From NCBI GenBank assembly GCA_937873455.1, contig CALMYG010000169.1, forward strand, positions 3,122-67,121: a stretch of 64,000 nt of DNA, given 5' to 3'. This document shows positions 21,370-32,350 of the stretch, piece after piece (the first letter of the stretch is position 1; each line of letters starts with the position of its first letter). This DNA is from an uncultured Verrucomicrobiota bacterium. GTDB lineage: Bacteria; Verrucomicrobiota; Kiritimatiellia; CAIVKH01. The notes under the pieces are model-generated. The model was not told the origin of the DNA and did no database searches. It saw only the letters and a list, made by a program, of their open reading frames with translations. The translations under genes were made by a program, and so were the position numbers.

Positions 21370-22575
21370 TTAGTGCGCGAAGGTGTCCAACAAAACGTGC
21401 TCGAGCAGCTCAACGCCCCGGTCCCAATGGAAACGCTCCACCGCGAGCGCCCGGGCCCGGCGGGCCAACGACTGGCGCAGACTTTCATCTCCCAGCAATA
21501 AATCAATGCACTCGACCATAATCTCCGGGCGATCCGCCATGAAACAGTTGTCACCGGTCTGTAACGGGATGCCCTCGGCGCCGAATGTCGTGGTCACCAG
21601 GGGAACGCCGGCGGCCATCGCCTCAAACAACTTAAACCGGATACCGGCTCCTTGCCGTACCGGGCACACATAAACCATCGCCCGATGCAAATAGGGCCGC
21701 ACATCCTCAACCGCACCGGTCACCACAACCCCGTCCGCACGCGCGGCCGCCACGCCCAGATTTTCCGGCCCGCCGGGCCCCACCACATAAAACGTAAGCC
21801 CCGGTCGACGCCGCTTTAATTCCGGCCATGCCGTGGCGAGAAACCATTGCACCGCATCGACATTGGATGGCGCATCATACTGGCCGGTAAAAACCAGCGC
21901 CTCTTCCGGCGCCTGATCCGGATTCGGACAAAACAATTCGGTATCGACCCCGCAAGGAATCACATGAATGCGAAGGGTCGGGTCGGCGTTCAACCACTGA
22001 TACCGTTCATGGGCGGTAAACACCAAAACCCGGTCGACGCTGCGGTACATGTTCAATTCGTATTGCATGACCCGACCGATGTTCGCCCGCATGCGCAAAC
22101 CACGCGCGGACATGCCCCAGGTTTGCGCCATGGTCTGAAACGAGCGGGTAACACTGAAATGCGATGAAATAATTTTGCGCACCGCGGGCAGGTATGGATT
22201 CCGATACAGGTATTGTCCCATCGCCATGAATTCGGCGACAACCGCATCGTACCCGCCTTCGTGTACCCGGTCCCCGACCCTCCGCATCATGACCCGGCTG
22301 CGGTAATCGTGCACATAAGGGGGCAAACTGGACAACAACAACCGCGCCGCACGCAAGGCCAGGGGAGCCGGACGGGGCGCGGGCACGGTTTCGAAATCCG
22401 ACAGCATGGTAAACAAGGGATCGGAAGACACGATCGCCTCGCCTGGGGTATGCAGCGAACACACGCCCAGTTCATGGCCGCGCGCCTTCAAGCGCCGGAT
22501 GCGCTGATGCACGATCGACATTCCACCCGCCACCGAGGCATAGGGAATGCGCGGGGTTATAAAGAGTATCTTCAT
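21370..22575 (-). CDS. GT4-family glycosyltransferase (glycosyl transferase group 1)
   Basis: 401 aa with the typical GT-B layout. The C-terminal half carries the EX7E-like region (FKLFEAMAAGVPLVTT). Confidence 0.75.
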   Translation of the reverse strand: MKILFITPRIPYASVAGGMSIVHQRIRRLKARGHELGVCSLHTPGEAIVSSDPLFTMLSDFETVPAPRPAPLALRAARLLLSSLPPYVHDYRSRVMMRRVGDRVHEGGYDAVVAEFMAMGQYLYRNPYLPAVRKIISSHFSVTRSFQTMAQTWGMSARGLRMRANIGRVMQYELNMYRSVDRVLVFTAHERYQWLNADPTLRIHVIPCGVDTELFCPNPDQAPEEALVFTGQYDAPSNVDAVQWFLATAWPELKRRRPGLTFYVVGPGGPENLGVAAARADGVVVTGAVEDVRPYLHRAMVYVCPVRQGAGIRFKLFEAMAAGVPLVTTTFGAEGIPLQTGDNCFMADRPEIMVECIDLLLGDESLRQSLARRARALAVERFHWDRGVELLEHVLLDTFAH

Positions 22576-22713
22576 CGGCAGGAAAGATTAGCCGAGAACG
22601 TTCGTGAACGCGAGTGTGTTCATGACGATCGTATTCATGCCCAGGTTGTCGTGCCGTTTGCCCGCTTGACGTGGTTCGCCGCATTCCCGATGATGTGGAA
22701 AAGGAGCAACGCC

Positions 22714-23103
22714 ATGAATCGACGCATCATCTTAACCCCGGAAGCCGCCCCACCTATCGGCCCCTACAATCAAGCCGTTCATGTGACCGGGCCGCTGATT
22801 TTCACATCCGGCCAAATCCCTCTGGATGCCCAGGGCCAACTGGTTTCCGGCGGCATTGCCGAACAAACCCATGCGGTATTTGCGAATTTAAAGGCCATAC
22901 TGGAAGCCGCGGGCAGCGGATTGGATCGCGTGATCAAGACCACGGTATTTCTGGCCGACCTCGCGGACTTCGGAACGATGAACGGCATTTACGAAACGTA
23001 TTTTCCCGGCTCGACGGCTCCGGCCCGCTCGACCATCCAGGTCGCCCGCCTGCCCAAAGACGCACGTATCGAAATCGAAGCGGTCGCGCTCGCCGGCGAT
23101 TAA
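22714..23103 (+). CDS. ridA: RidA/YjgF family reactive-intermediate deaminase
   Basis: 129 aa [22 protein letters not shown]..., the canonical RidA N-terminus. An AAGGAG RBS sits at 22701-22706. Confidence 0.85.
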   Translation: MNRRIILTPEAAPPIGPYNQAVHVTGPLIFTSGQIPLDAQGQLVSGGIAEQTHAVFANLKAILEAAGSGLDRVIKTTVFLADLADFGTMNGIYETYFPGSTAPARSTIQVARLPKDARIEIEAVALAGD

Positions 23104-24140
23104 CCCCGGGGAGATTCCAGGGCGGCAATCCGGGCCTCTAATTCGGCCAATCGTTTCTTGAGCTGAGGCAATCGGTTCAACGCCGCTTGGTTGGTTGCAA
23201 ATTCTTTTTGCGGCGTCGCGGGAAACCCCATCACCACCGCTTTGGCCGGCACATCCTTGGTCACGCCGGCTTGAGCCAGTACAAGGGCGCCGGGCCCGAT
23301 TTCCAAATGCCCGGCCACTCCGGCTTGGCCGGCCAGAATCGCGTGATGTCCCACCGAGGAACTGCCGGCTATCCCGACCTGGGAGACCAGCACCGCATGA
23401 TCACCAATGGTCACGTTGTGGGCGACCATCACGAGGTTGTCAATTTTCACCCCGTTGCCGATCCGGGTCTTGCCGAACCGGGCACGATCGACCGTGGAAT
23501 TGGCCCCGATCTCGACGTCATCACCGATCTCGACGATGCCGATTTGCGGAATTTTAGTGCGCACCCCCTGCCCATCCACATCGTATCCGAAACCATCGCT
23601 GCCGATGACCACCCCGTTATGCGCGATAAACCGGCTCCCGATCTTCACGTATTCGCGGATCGTTACCATCGGGTACAACAAACCGTCATCGCCGATGGAC
23701 ACCCCGCTACCCAGCACATTGTGACCAACCAACACGGTGCGATCACCCAGGGAAACTTCCGGCCCGATCACGCAATAGGGGCCGATGTGGACATCGCTGC
23801 CGATCACCGCCCCGGATGCGATTACCGCCGTTGGGTGAATGCCCGGTGCATACGTTACCGCCGGCGCAGCAAACCAGGAGGCGACCTCGGCGAATACCGC
23901 CTCCGGCTGGTCCACCCGGATCACCGCGGCCAATACCGGATACCGCCAGTCTTTTGCCACCAACAAAGCCGAGGCCTTTGTGGTCGCGGCATCCGCGGCA
24001 TAGCGCGCCTGGGACACAAACGAAAGGTCGCCGGGTTCGGCGTAACGAATACCGGCCACTCCGTTAATGACGATCGCCGCATCGCCTTCCACGACGGCAT
24101 TCAGCCGCCCGGCGATATCCGAAAGCAGGAGGCCGCCCAT
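23100..24140 (-). CDS. lpxD: UDP-3-O-acylglucosamine N-acyltransferase LpxD
   Basis: N-terminal LpxD domain followed by left-handed beta-helix hexapeptide repeats. It lies downstream of skp. Confidence 0.85.
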   Translation of the reverse strand: MGGLLLSDIAGRLNAVVEGDAAIVINGVAGIRYAEPGDLSFVSQARYAADAATTKASALLVAKDWRYPVLAAVIRVDQPEAVFAEVASWFAAPAVTYAPGIHPTAVIASGAVIGSDVHIGPYCVIGPEVSLGDRTVLVGHNVLGSGVSIGDDGLLYPMVTIREYVKIGSRFIAHNGVVIGSDGFGYDVDGQGVRTKIPQIGIVEIGDDVEIGANSTVDRARFGKTRIGNGVKIDNLVMVAHNVTIGDHAVLVSQVGIAGSSSVGHHAILAGQAGVAGHLEIGPGALVLAQAGVTKDVPAKAVVMGFPATPQKEFATNQAALNRLPQLKKRLAELEARIAALESPRG

Positions 24141-24147
24141 GGCCTGC

Positions 24148-24732
24148 TTACCGCTTGCTGTTAACCAGCGTGATGATTTCCGACGTGATATCGAATTTGG
24201 GATTATAAAAAACCACCGTGGGAACCCCGTTCAAACTCTCGCCCGAAGTGTCGATAATCGCCTGATAGCCACGGGTCATCGCGTACTCCCGGATGATGCC
24301 ATTGATTTCATCGACCAACCGCTTCCGGGCCCGTCGCGACTGCTCGTCAATCCGGCGTTGCGCCGTTTCTTCCAGCCGGCGGATTTTGGTTTCCATATCC
24401 CGCACTTCGATGAGCTTTTCCTCAGCCTCGGCCCGGCGCTGGTTGCGGGCGTCTTCGTTCAGGGCGGTGCTTTGCGCCTGGGTGCGCAAGGCCTGGTAGT
24501 CGGCCTGGGCTTTCTCCAATTGTTCGATCAAGACTTTGCGTTCCGCCTTGATCTCGTCGGCCTGCTCCTTGAGTTGCGCCTCGGCGGCCCGGGTTTTATG
24601 GTAGTTGGTGAATACGGAATCCAAATCGACAAATACGATTCCGGATTGAACCTCTTGCGCGTTAACCGCAGGCCCGAAGGCCGCGCAACCCGCCACCAAC
24701 ACCGCCATCATCATCCAACGTGTCATGTGCAT
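24148..24732 (-). CDS. skp: OmpH/Skp periplasmic chaperone
   Basis: Signal peptide, a K/E/Q-rich helical body, and the position between bamA and lpxD. Confidence 0.8.
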   Translation of the reverse strand: MHMTRWMMMAVLVAGCAAFGPAVNAQEVQSGIVFVDLDSVFTNYHKTRAAEAQLKEQADEIKAERKVLIEQLEKAQADYQALRTQAQSTALNEDARNQRRAEAEEKLIEVRDMETKIRRLEETAQRRIDEQSRRARKRLVDEINGIIREYAMTRGYQAIIDTSGESLNGVPTVVFYNPKFDITSEIITLVNSKR

Positions 24733-24753
24733 CCTGCTTCTCCTGTTGCTTGC

Positions 24754-27066
24754 TTAAAACGAATATCCGATTGAAAATTGAAACCGCCCGGAGCTCCGGT
24801 CGTTGAACTCATCCGTCTCCAGCGGCCAGGCATAATCGAACCGGAGCGGAAATCCCGGAATATCAAACCGTATCCCGATACCCACATCCGAATTGTACTC
24901 GTTCCAGTCGATATCAAACGCCTTTTCATACACCATACCGATATCATAAAATGTGGCGAAACGCACCTGACGCACCACCGGGATGGTATATTCGGCCGAT
25001 GCGGACCACATCGTGCTACCGCCCACCGGCTCGCCTTGTTCATCCTTGGGCCCGACCTGGCGGAACTTAAATCCGCGCAGCGTTCTCGCGCCACCGAGGA
25101 ATAGACGATCAAAGATGGGTACGCGTTCACTATCGCCGTAATAATCCACCGTCGCCGTCCAAAACCGCAGGTTGAAAACATGATCAAACCACAGAGGCCA
25201 GAAGTGCGATGCCATCGCGTCAAAGCGGTAAATATCGGTTTCCCCCTGTAGCGGGCCGCCCGCCACCATGGCGGACACCATGGCCCGCAAGCCCCGCGTG
25301 GGGATAAACACATTATCGCGGGTGTCGAAGATCAACTCGGTGGTGAACGAACTCTTGATGCGATCCCCCTCCTCGTCCTGAATCCGCTGGGAGGCATCTT
25401 CGTCCACATCGTACACGCTGATTTCCTCGAGGCCGTAAATCAGGTTCAACCGGGTGAACCGGGCGACCGGCACCCCCAGGGTAATGTTGAGGCCGGTGTT
25501 GCGCTGGCGGTAATCATCGCTCAAAAAGCGCGAGTCGCGGCGGAACAGGGTGCCGCCCAGGGAGAGGCGCCGGTCCAGAAACCACGGCTCGGTCAAGCTC
25601 AGTTCGATATCGTTGCGCTTGGTGCCCGCGGTCCCTCGCAAACGAAGTTTTTGACCGCCGCCCACCGGCGGCCAATTGGCGACATCAAAATTGCCCTGCT
25701 GCAACTCTACAAAGCCGATCAAATTATCGATGCTCGAAAACCCGGCCCCGACCATGAATTGTCCGGTGTTTTGTTCGACCACCTCAAACACCGCATCGTA
25801 ACGCTCCGGATCCGGCGTCGGTTCGGGCACGGCGGCCACGCTGGAAAAGAAGCCGAGGTTGCGCAGCCGGTTCTCGCTGGTTCGCAACTTTACTTCGTTC
25901 ATCACTTCACCGGGAAATACCGTAACCTCCCGGCGCAGCACCTTGTCCCGGGTTTTGGTGTTGCCGCGGAAGCGGATGGCCCGGATGTAGGCCAATTGTC
26001 CCTCCCGAACGCTGAGCCCGACATCCACCACCGGGCGTGGATCCTGCGCCGTCACCTGAAGGTCGGGATCAAGTTGATACGAAACGATGGTCTCAATGTA
26101 CCCGCGGCTACCGTAATAATCGCGTATCGTGCGGGTCATCCCCTGCAGCGCATCGGACGAAGCGACGTCGCCCGGGCGGTTGGTGATGACCGCGCGAACC
26201 GCCGGCGGATCAAACAAGGTAATACCGCTGATCGAAATGTCGCCCAGAATATACTGGGGCCCCTCCTCCAACGGGATGTTAATCACAATGCGGTCGCGAC
26301 CGACTTCCTGAATCACCGGCTGGCCGATTTTAACATCCAGATACCCTTCGCCGAGGTAAACCCGGCGCAGCAAGGTCAGATCGGCGGCGAGATCGTCCGG
26401 GTTGTAGGTGCCGCTCCCGGTTATCCAGGAGAACATGTGGCGAGACCGCTGCTTCATGACCCGGCGCAGCGTCCGTGAAGCGACATGGTCGTTCCCTTCA
26501 AAGGTCACTTTTTTCACCTTGGCCCGCCGGCCCTCATCCACCCGGATGACGACATCCGCCGTGCCGGTTTCGGGATCCCGGGTGATGGTCCAGCTCAAGT
26601 CCGCAAACGGAAAATATTTTTTCCGGTAATGTTCGCGCACGGCCTGGGCCCGGGTGGCCAGGAGGGCGTCATCCACCGGATCGCCCGCCCCGACTTCCAG
26701 CAGGTCGCGCACTTTTCGGTTGGAAAGATAACGCGCGCCGTCAACGACCAAACGCCGGATGCGTGGTTTCAATTCCACGGTATAGACGACGGCTATTCCG
26801 CCGGGCGTCGTTTCGATATCCGCGGCCACAAAGGAGAAACGGCCCGAGCGTTCCATCGCCCGGACATCGCGGGACAGGGCGTCGCGGCTGATCGCATCGC
26901 CGGTGTTGATGCTGACAAATCCCATGACCGCCGCCGGATCGATGGGCGACAAGTCACGGGCCTGCACGCGAATCTCGCTGACCGTCTGGGCGAACCCGGT
27001 ACACCAACCGGCGAACAGGACAACCACCATCAGCGCGAAACGATACGATAAACGTGGCGCCATCAT
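24754..27066 (-). CDS. bamA: Outer membrane protein assembly factor BamA (Omp85)
   Basis: 770 aa: signal peptide, POTRA-repeat region, and a C-terminal beta-barrel ending ...RFQFSIGYSF. Confidence 0.9.
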   Translation of the reverse strand: MMAPRLSYRFALMVVVLFAGWCTGFAQTVSEIRVQARDLSPIDPAAVMGFVSINTGDAISRDALSRDVRAMERSGRFSFVAADIETTPGGIAVVYTVELKPRIRRLVVDGARYLSNRKVRDLLEVGAGDPVDDALLATRAQAVREHYRKKYFPFADLSWTITRDPETGTADVVIRVDEGRRAKVKKVTFEGNDHVASRTLRRVMKQRSRHMFSWITGSGTYNPDDLAADLTLLRRVYLGEGYLDVKIGQPVIQEVGRDRIVINIPLEEGPQYILGDISISGITLFDPPAVRAVITNRPGDVASSDALQGMTRTIRDYYGSRGYIETIVSYQLDPDLQVTAQDPRPVVDVGLSVREGQLAYIRAIRFRGNTKTRDKVLRREVTVFPGEVMNEVKLRTSENRLRNLGFFSSVAAVPEPTPDPERYDAVFEVVEQNTGQFMVGAGFSSIDNLIGFVELQQGNFDVANWPPVGGGQKLRLRGTAGTKRNDIELSLTEPWFLDRRLSLGGTLFRRDSRFLSDDYRQRNTGLNITLGVPVARFTRLNLIYGLEEISVYDVDEDASQRIQDEEGDRIKSSFTTELIFDTRDNVFIPTRGLRAMVSAMVAGGPLQGETDIYRFDAMASHFWPLWFDHVFNLRFWTATVDYYGDSERVPIFDRLFLGGARTLRGFKFRQVGPKDEQGEPVGGSTMWSASAEYTIPVVRQVRFATFYDIGMVYEKAFDIDWNEYNSDVGIGIRFDIPGFPLRFDYAWPLETDEFNDRSSGRFQFSIGYSF

Positions 27067-27072
27067 GACCGA

Positions 27073-28473
27073 TTACTCTCCACCGTACCCCGAGGATGTA
27101 TGCGCCCGATTTTCAAACCGCGTAATTTCATCCACGAACGTTAACTGAATTTCCCCGGTTGGTCCATTGCGCTGTTTGGCAATGTCAAGAATCGCCAAAC
27201 TTGGATCGCCCCGGTTGTCGTCTTCGGCATAACGGTTTGGACGGCGCAGCAGCCCGACAACGTCCGCATCCTGCTCAATGGAACCCGAATCGCGCAGGTC
27301 GGACAGCTTGGGCCGCCCATCCCGGTTTTCCGGAGCGCGGCTAAGCTGGCTGAGCACAACCACCGGGACCTTGAGTTCCTTGGCCATGGCTTTCATCGCC
27401 CCCGATATCCCCGCCACTTCCCGCTGACGGCCTTCGCGGGAAAAACGGCTGTAGTTCATCATCTGGAGGTAATCGATCACGATCAGGCCGATATCGTGTT
27501 TCTTTTTCAGGCGCCGGGCCCGCGCGCGCAATTCAATCGGTTCCAGTCCCGGGGAGTCATCCACAAAAATATCCGCGCCGCTCAATTCATCGGCGGCCTT
27601 GACCAGATGTTCGTGTTTTTCCCGGCTGACGTAACCTTCCGACAAACTTTTCATCGAAATGCCCGCCCGGGAGCAGAGCATGCGTTTCACCAGCGACTCG
27701 GTCGACATTTCCAGACTGAACACCGCCACCGGAATGCGCGCACGGAGGGCATTGTTCCCGGTGGCGACATGCTCGACGATGTTCATGGCCAAGGAGGTTT
27801 TGCCCATGGATGGGCGTGCGGCAATGATGAACATGTCGCCGGGCTGCAACCCGGAGGTAATCTTGTCCAAATCCACAAATCCAGTGGGAACCCCGGTAAT
27901 TTCGCGCTTCTCCTGAATCGCCACCTCGATCTTGTGCATGGTCTCGTGAATCATTTGATTCCACGGGAGAACCTTTTGCTGGCGGCTGTGGGAGATGTCG
28001 TAAAAGGCCTGCTCGACCTGGTCGAGCAGCAGGTCCGCGTCTTCTTCCTGCTGAAAACATTTGTCGATCGCTTCGCGGGCGCGATGGATCACCGAACGCA
28101 ACAGGTATTTGTCACGGACGATTTCGATATAATATTCGGCGTGGGCGGCGGTCGGCGTGGCATCGATGATCTGCTGGATTTCAGTAATGCCGCCGACCTG
28201 ATCCAACAGGTTCAGAGCGGAGAGCCGCTCATGGAGGGTGATGATATCGATCGGCCGGTTCTGATCGTGCAGCGCCAGCATGTGCTCGTAGAGCACCTGG
28301 TGCCGCGGATTATAAAACGATTCCGCACCGATCTGCTGCTCGATGGCGATATCGATGACCCGGTCGGACTCGACCAGGATGGAACCCAACACACCGCGTT
28401 CCGCCTCCTCACTATGAGGCGGAATGCGGTCCGTGCGCAGACGGGACGGCGCGGCATCGGCCCGTTCGGCCAT
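27073..28473 (-). CDS. dnaB: Replicative DNA helicase DnaB
   Basis: N-terminal domain EAERGVLGSIL, and the Walker A motif ARPSMGKTSLAMN. Confidence 0.9.
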   Translation of the reverse strand: MAERADAAPSRLRTDRIPPHSEEAERGVLGSILVESDRVIDIAIEQQIGAESFYNPRHQVLYEHMLALHDQNRPIDIITLHERLSALNLLDQVGGITEIQQIIDATPTAAHAEYYIEIVRDKYLLRSVIHRAREAIDKCFQQEEDADLLLDQVEQAFYDISHSRQQKVLPWNQMIHETMHKIEVAIQEKREITGVPTGFVDLDKITSGLQPGDMFIIAARPSMGKTSLAMNIVEHVATGNNALRARIPVAVFSLEMSTESLVKRMLCSRAGISMKSLSEGYVSREKHEHLVKAADELSGADIFVDDSPGLEPIELRARARRLKKKHDIGLIVIDYLQMMNYSRFSREGRQREVAGISGAMKAMAKELKVPVVVLSQLSRAPENRDGRPKLSDLRDSGSIEQDADVVGLLRRPNRYAEDDNRGDPSLAILDIAKQRNGPTGEIQLTFVDEITRFENRAHTSSGYGGE

Positions 28474-28478
28474 GGCGG

Positions 28479-28928
28479 TTACTCCGCGACGACGTGAACC
28501 GTAAGGGTGGTGTGCACCTCAGACGTCAGCTTGATCGCCACGCCGTAGGTGCCGAGTTCCTTGATCGGATTTTCAAGCACAACCTGGTGTTTCTCCAGGG
28601 TGTATTTTTCGTCCTTGAGCGCTTGCAATACTTGGGCGCCGGTGACCGAGCCGAAGATCTTGCCTTCGTTGCCGGCCTTGACCTTGATGGTCAATTCCAA
28701 CGCCTTCAAGCGGTCGGCCAGGGCCTGGGCTTCTTCAGCCAAGCGGATCCGGCGCGCGTCGTATTCGGCTTTTTTCTTCTCCAACTGCCGCAACGTCGCA
28801 GGCGTTACCGGAGTCGCCAGCTTGCGGGGCAACAGGTAATTCCGGGCGTAGCCGTCGGAAACTTTAAGGCGTTTGCCTTGCTCGCCCAACCCGGGCACAT
28901 CTTCAATCAGAATGACATCCTTAGACAT
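28479..28928 (-). CDS. rplI: 50S ribosomal protein L9
   Basis: MSKDVILIEDVPGLGEQGKRLKVSDGYARNYLLP... Confidence 0.9.
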   Translation of the reverse strand: MSKDVILIEDVPGLGEQGKRLKVSDGYARNYLLPRKLATPVTPATLRQLEKKKAEYDARRIRLAEEAQALADRLKALELTIKVKAGNEGKIFGSVTGAQVLQALKDEKYTLEKHQVVLENPIKELGTYGVAIKLTSEVHTTLTVHVVAE

Positions 28929-28956
28929 AGGTATTCTCCTGCCGTTAGCGGGCGAA

Positions 28957-29211
28957 TCAGGGCAACAACCCCATGACACGGGCGCGCCGGATGGCCCGTT
29001 TGATCTGCCGCTGTTGCTTGGCGCTGGTCCCGGTAATCCGCTGGGGCGTGATCTTGCCGCGTTCGGTCATGAATTTCTTCAGCAATTCGCTGTCTTTGTA
29101 ATCGATCTCGGTCACGCCTTCGAGATATTTGACCCCCCGCTTCAGCAGGGGCATCAGATCGGATTCCTCGCGGCGCGGACGACGTTCTTTGGTGTGTTTA
29201 CGTTCTGCCAT
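28957..29211 (-). CDS. rpsR: 30S ribosomal protein S18
   Basis: 84 aa with ...[33 protein letters not shown]. Confidence 0.9.
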   Translation of the reverse strand: MAERKHTKERRPRREESDLMPLLKRGVKYLEGVTEIDYKDSELLKKFMTERGKITPQRITGTSAKQQRQIKRAIRRARVMGLLP

Positions 29212-29232
29212 ACTCTTTGCCTCGTTGTATCG

Positions 29233-29697
29233 TTAAAATGGTACCTGGTCCTGGCCATCGTCCAGGATTTCTTCCTGCGGCACGCGATCGGCGGCCGCCG
29301 GCGTGGAACGGGACGGCGCGCGGCTCGAAGGCGCATCGTCAAATTCACCGCCGCTTCGGGAGCCCCCGCCCCGACTGCTTAAGAATTGCACCCGCTCGGC
29401 GACCACGCCCAAGCGGCTCTGTTTTTGTCCGTCTTTTTCCCACTCGTCCAACTTGAGCCGGCCCTCGACCAGCACCGGAGCGCCCTTGGTCAGGTATTGC
29501 CCGCAGGTTTCAGCCTGCTTGCCCCAAACCGTGACGGACACATAGACTACTTCTTCGCGATCCTTGTCGTGCTGATCGCGGTAGCGCCGGTTGATCGCCA
29601 TGCGCAAGTCGGCGACGGCCTGACCACTGGGGATGTGCCGGACCTCGGGATCACGGGTCAGGTTGCCGGCCAGAAAGACCTTGTTCAAGTCGGCCAT
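29233..29697 (-). CDS. ssb: Single-stranded DNA-binding protein
   Basis: OB-fold N-terminus MADLNKVFLAGNLTRDPEVR, a Gly-rich linker and an acidic C-terminal tail (EEILDDGQDQVPF). Confidence 0.9.
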   Translation of the reverse strand: MADLNKVFLAGNLTRDPEVRHIPSGQAVADLRMAINRRYRDQHDKDREEVVYVSVTVWGKQAETCGQYLTKGAPVLVEGRLKLDEWEKDGQKQSRLGVVAERVQFLSSRGGGSRSGGEFDDAPSSRAPSRSTPAAADRVPQEEILDDGQDQVPF

Positions 29698-29699
29698 GG

Positions 29700-30044
29700 T
29701 TAGACCTGCTCGCTTACCGCTACCGCCTCGGCGGGCTTCTTGTCTTCCACGCGGAAAATCTGCATCCGGAAAATATCCTCGTTGAAACGCAGATTGCTCT
29801 TGAGCGCCTCCACATCCTTGCCGCCGAGGGCAAAGGTGAATACGACATACTGACCGGCCTGCGTCTTGGCCATCTCCCGGGCAAATGACCGGCGACCCAT
29901 CCGGATGGCGCTTTCAATTTGGCCGCCGACTTTCTCGATTTCGCTTTTAACGTTGCCCACCGCATTGTCCAGCTGTTCTTCGCTGAATGCGTCCGGGAAA
30001 ATAAACATCGCTTCGTATTTGTTCACTATCCTGCTCCTCTTCAT
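29700..30044 (-). CDS. rpsF: 30S ribosomal protein S6
   Basis: YEAMFIFPD... S6 fold, in the rpsF-ssb-rpsR-rplI order. The exact start is uncertain. Confidence 0.85.
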   Translation of the reverse strand: MKRSRIVNKYEAMFIFPDAFSEEQLDNAVGNVKSEIEKVGGQIESAIRMGRRSFAREMAKTQAGQYVVFTFALGGKDVEALKSNLRFNEDIFRMQIFRVEDKKPAEAVAVSEQV

Positions 30045-30077
30045 ACCGCCGGGACTTTCCGGCTACTCAACCCGTTT

Positions 30078-30641
30078 TTATCGGTTAAACTGATTCATCG
30101 TTTTTTCAACACCATCGCGCACCCACGCCACAACCGCTTCCGCGGCGCGCCGTACCGCCCGATCCGCATCATCCTGCCGGTCCGCCGGGAATTTTCCCAG
30201 CACAAACGCCGCCAAATCCCGTCCCGGCGGCGCCGGACCCACGCCAACCCGCAACCGCGGGAAATCCATCGTCCCCAGCCGCTCAATCAGCGACTTCAGA
30301 CCGTTGTGGGTTCCCGCGCTGCCCCGGGCCCGCAACCGCAAGCTTCCCAACGGAAGCTCGACATCATCCACCACCACCAGCATCGACTCCGGACCCGCAC
30401 CCTTCTTCCGCAGAAAGGGCGCCACGGCATCGCCGCTGCGATTCATAAACGTGTGCGGCTTTACCAGCAGCACTTCGTCCCCGCCCACCCGGATCGCCGC
30501 GCTTTCCAAGGGAAACCGCCAGCTTTTCCGGAACTTCACCCCATCCGCCCTGGCCAACGCATCCACCACCTCGAAACCGATATTGTGGGGCGTCGCCTCG
30601 TACCCTCGACCCGGGTTGCCCAATCCGACCACCATTTTCAT
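30078..30641 (-). CDS. pth: Peptidyl-tRNA hydrolase
   Basis: MKMVVGLGNPGRGYEATPHNIGF... with the catalytic His, 187 aa. Confidence 0.9.
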   Translation of the reverse strand: MKMVVGLGNPGRGYEATPHNIGFEVVDALARADGVKFRKSWRFPLESAAIRVGGDEVLLVKPHTFMNRSGDAVAPFLRKKGAGPESMLVVVDDVELPLGSLRLRARGSAGTHNGLKSLIERLGTMDFPRLRVGVGPAPPGRDLAAFVLGKFPADRQDDADRAVRRAAEAVVAWVRDGVEKTMNQFNR

Positions 30642-30700
30642 GCGCTGGTCCTAACCGGGACATTCCGGAGGAGTATCGCCTCCGTTGTGCCACGCGGGGG

Positions 30701-31354
30701 TTACGCCTTCGCTTCTTCGGCCGGCTTCTTCTCCTTGATCACTTCCGGCTCCGCGGTCGCCGCGCCTTCGGCAGGCTTTTCTTCCTCAACGGTCGGCGAG
30801 GCCACCATGGCCACCGGCAATTCGCCGTGGGTGATGATCTCGTACTTGGAGGCGTCGAGCTGGATATCGGCAACGGTGAGATTGTCTCCCACGCCCAAAC
30901 CCGATACATCCACCTTGATTTCCTCCATCAAATCGCCGGGCAAACATTCAATTTCGACCTCGCGCAGCAAATGCTCCAGGACGCCTCCGCCCTGGGTCAC
31001 GCCAACCGGGATACCCACGAGTTCAACGCGCACTTCCACCCGCAACTTCTCGGTCATCGAAACTTCATGGAAGTCCGCGTGGGTGATCTGGCCGGTCAGG
31101 GAGTTGTGCTGCACTTCCTGCAACAACACCTTGATCGGGCTCTGGCCCTGAATGTCCAGATCCAACAACACGTGTTCGCTGGAGTGCCCGTGCAGGCTCT
31201 TGCGAAATTCGTGTTCATTGACCTGAACCATCTGGTTGGATTTTCCCGCCCCGTACACCACGCCCGGAAAAAATCCGGACCGGCGCAGACGCCGGGAAAT
31301 GCTTGAACCCTTTTCCGCTCGCGGAAGGGCATTAACTTTTACTGATTGTGCCAT
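30701..31354 (-). CDS. rplY: 50S ribosomal protein L25 / general stress protein Ctc (long form)
   Basis: 217 aa. The N-terminal L25 domain is followed by the Ctc C-terminal domain and an E/K/A/P-rich tail. Confidence 0.85.
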   Translation of the reverse strand: MAQSVKVNALPRAEKGSSISRRLRRSGFFPGVVYGAGKSNQMVQVNEHEFRKSLHGHSSEHVLLDLDIQGQSPIKVLLQEVQHNSLTGQITHADFHEVSMTEKLRVEVRVELVGIPVGVTQGGGVLEHLLREVEIECLPGDLMEEIKVDVSGLGVGDNLTVADIQLDASKYEIITHGELPVAMVASPTVEEEKPAEGAATAEPEVIKEKKPAEEAKA

Positions 31355-31385
31355 ACCTGTCTATCTCCGTTTCCCTGAAACTTGC

Positions 31386-32333
31386 TTACGAAATTCTAAA
31401 TAGAGACGTCACGGACTGATCGTTGTGAACGCGCAAAATCGCCTCACCCAGCAACTCCGCCACCGACAACACGGTCAACGCGATGCCCGTGTCGGTGCGC
31501 TGCGGCACGCTGTCCGTGGTGATCATTTCCTCAATCGCCGACTGCCGCAGGCGGTCAAACCCCTGATCGGTCAGCAGACAGTGCGTCACCGCGGCGATGA
31601 TCTTCTTCGCGCCGCGCGCCTTCAACAAGGCCGCCGCACTGGTCAAGGTGCCGGCTGTGGTCGTCAAATCATCGACCAGCAGGACATTGCGGCCCTCGAC
31701 ATCGCCGACCACATTGATCGCTTCCACCTCGGTGGCGCTTTTGCGCTGCTTGCCGACAATGGCCAGCCCCGCGCTCAACATGTTCGAGTAGGCATAGGCC
31801 ATCTTGAGGCCGCCCGGGTCCGGAGTCACCACAACCATCTTGTCCCCGGTCCAACCCAAGGACTTCAAATGCCGGACAATGACCGGCGCCGCGAACAAAT
31901 GATCCACCGGGATATCGAAAAAGCCCTGAATCTGCTGGGCATGCATGTCCATGGTCAGAATCCGGTCCGCGCCTGCCGCCACCAGCAGGTTCGCCACCAG
32001 CTTGGCGGTAATCGGAACCCGGGGTTGATCCTTGCGGTCCTGGCGGCCATAGCCGTAGAACGGAATGACCGGCGTGATGCGCGCCGCCGATGCCCGCTTC
32101 GCCGCATCAATCATGATCAACAATTCCATGATGTTTTCGTTCGGCGGAAAACAGGTCGGCTGGACGATGAAGATGTCCTGCCCGCGAATGTTCTCTATAA
32201 TTTTGACAAAGATCTCTCCGTCCGGGAAGCGACTGATATCCACGCCGCCCAGCGGTTGGCCGATATATTCGGCTATTCTCCCCGCCAAAGCGGGGTGTGC
32301 GTTTCCGGTCAATATTTTCAAAGCTTGCGCCAT
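31386..32333 (-). CDS. prs: Ribose-phosphate pyrophosphokinase
   Basis: PRPP-binding loop DLTTTAGTL, and the FPDGE and YGYGRQDRK motifs. Confidence 0.9.
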   Translation of the reverse strand: MAQALKILTGNAHPALAGRIAEYIGQPLGGVDISRFPDGEIFVKIIENIRGQDIFIVQPTCFPPNENIMELLIMIDAAKRASAARITPVIPFYGYGRQDRKDQPRVPITAKLVANLLVAAGADRILTMDMHAQQIQGFFDIPVDHLFAAPVIVRHLKSLGWTGDKMVVVTPDPGGLKMAYAYSNMLSAGLAIVGKQRKSATEVEAINVVGDVEGRNVLLVDDLTTTAGTLTSAAALLKARGAKKIIAAVTHCLLTDQGFDRLRQSAIEEMITTDSVPQRTDTGIALTVLSVAELLGEAILRVHNDQSVTSLFRIS

Positions 32334-32350
32334 TCCATCACATCATGTTC

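Noticed and set aside
22213-22713. 5' extension of the ridA ORF (296 aa in the track)
   Set aside because: It overlaps the GT4 glycosyltransferase on the opposite strand. The RidA homology and a good AAGGAG RBS begin at the ATG at 22714.
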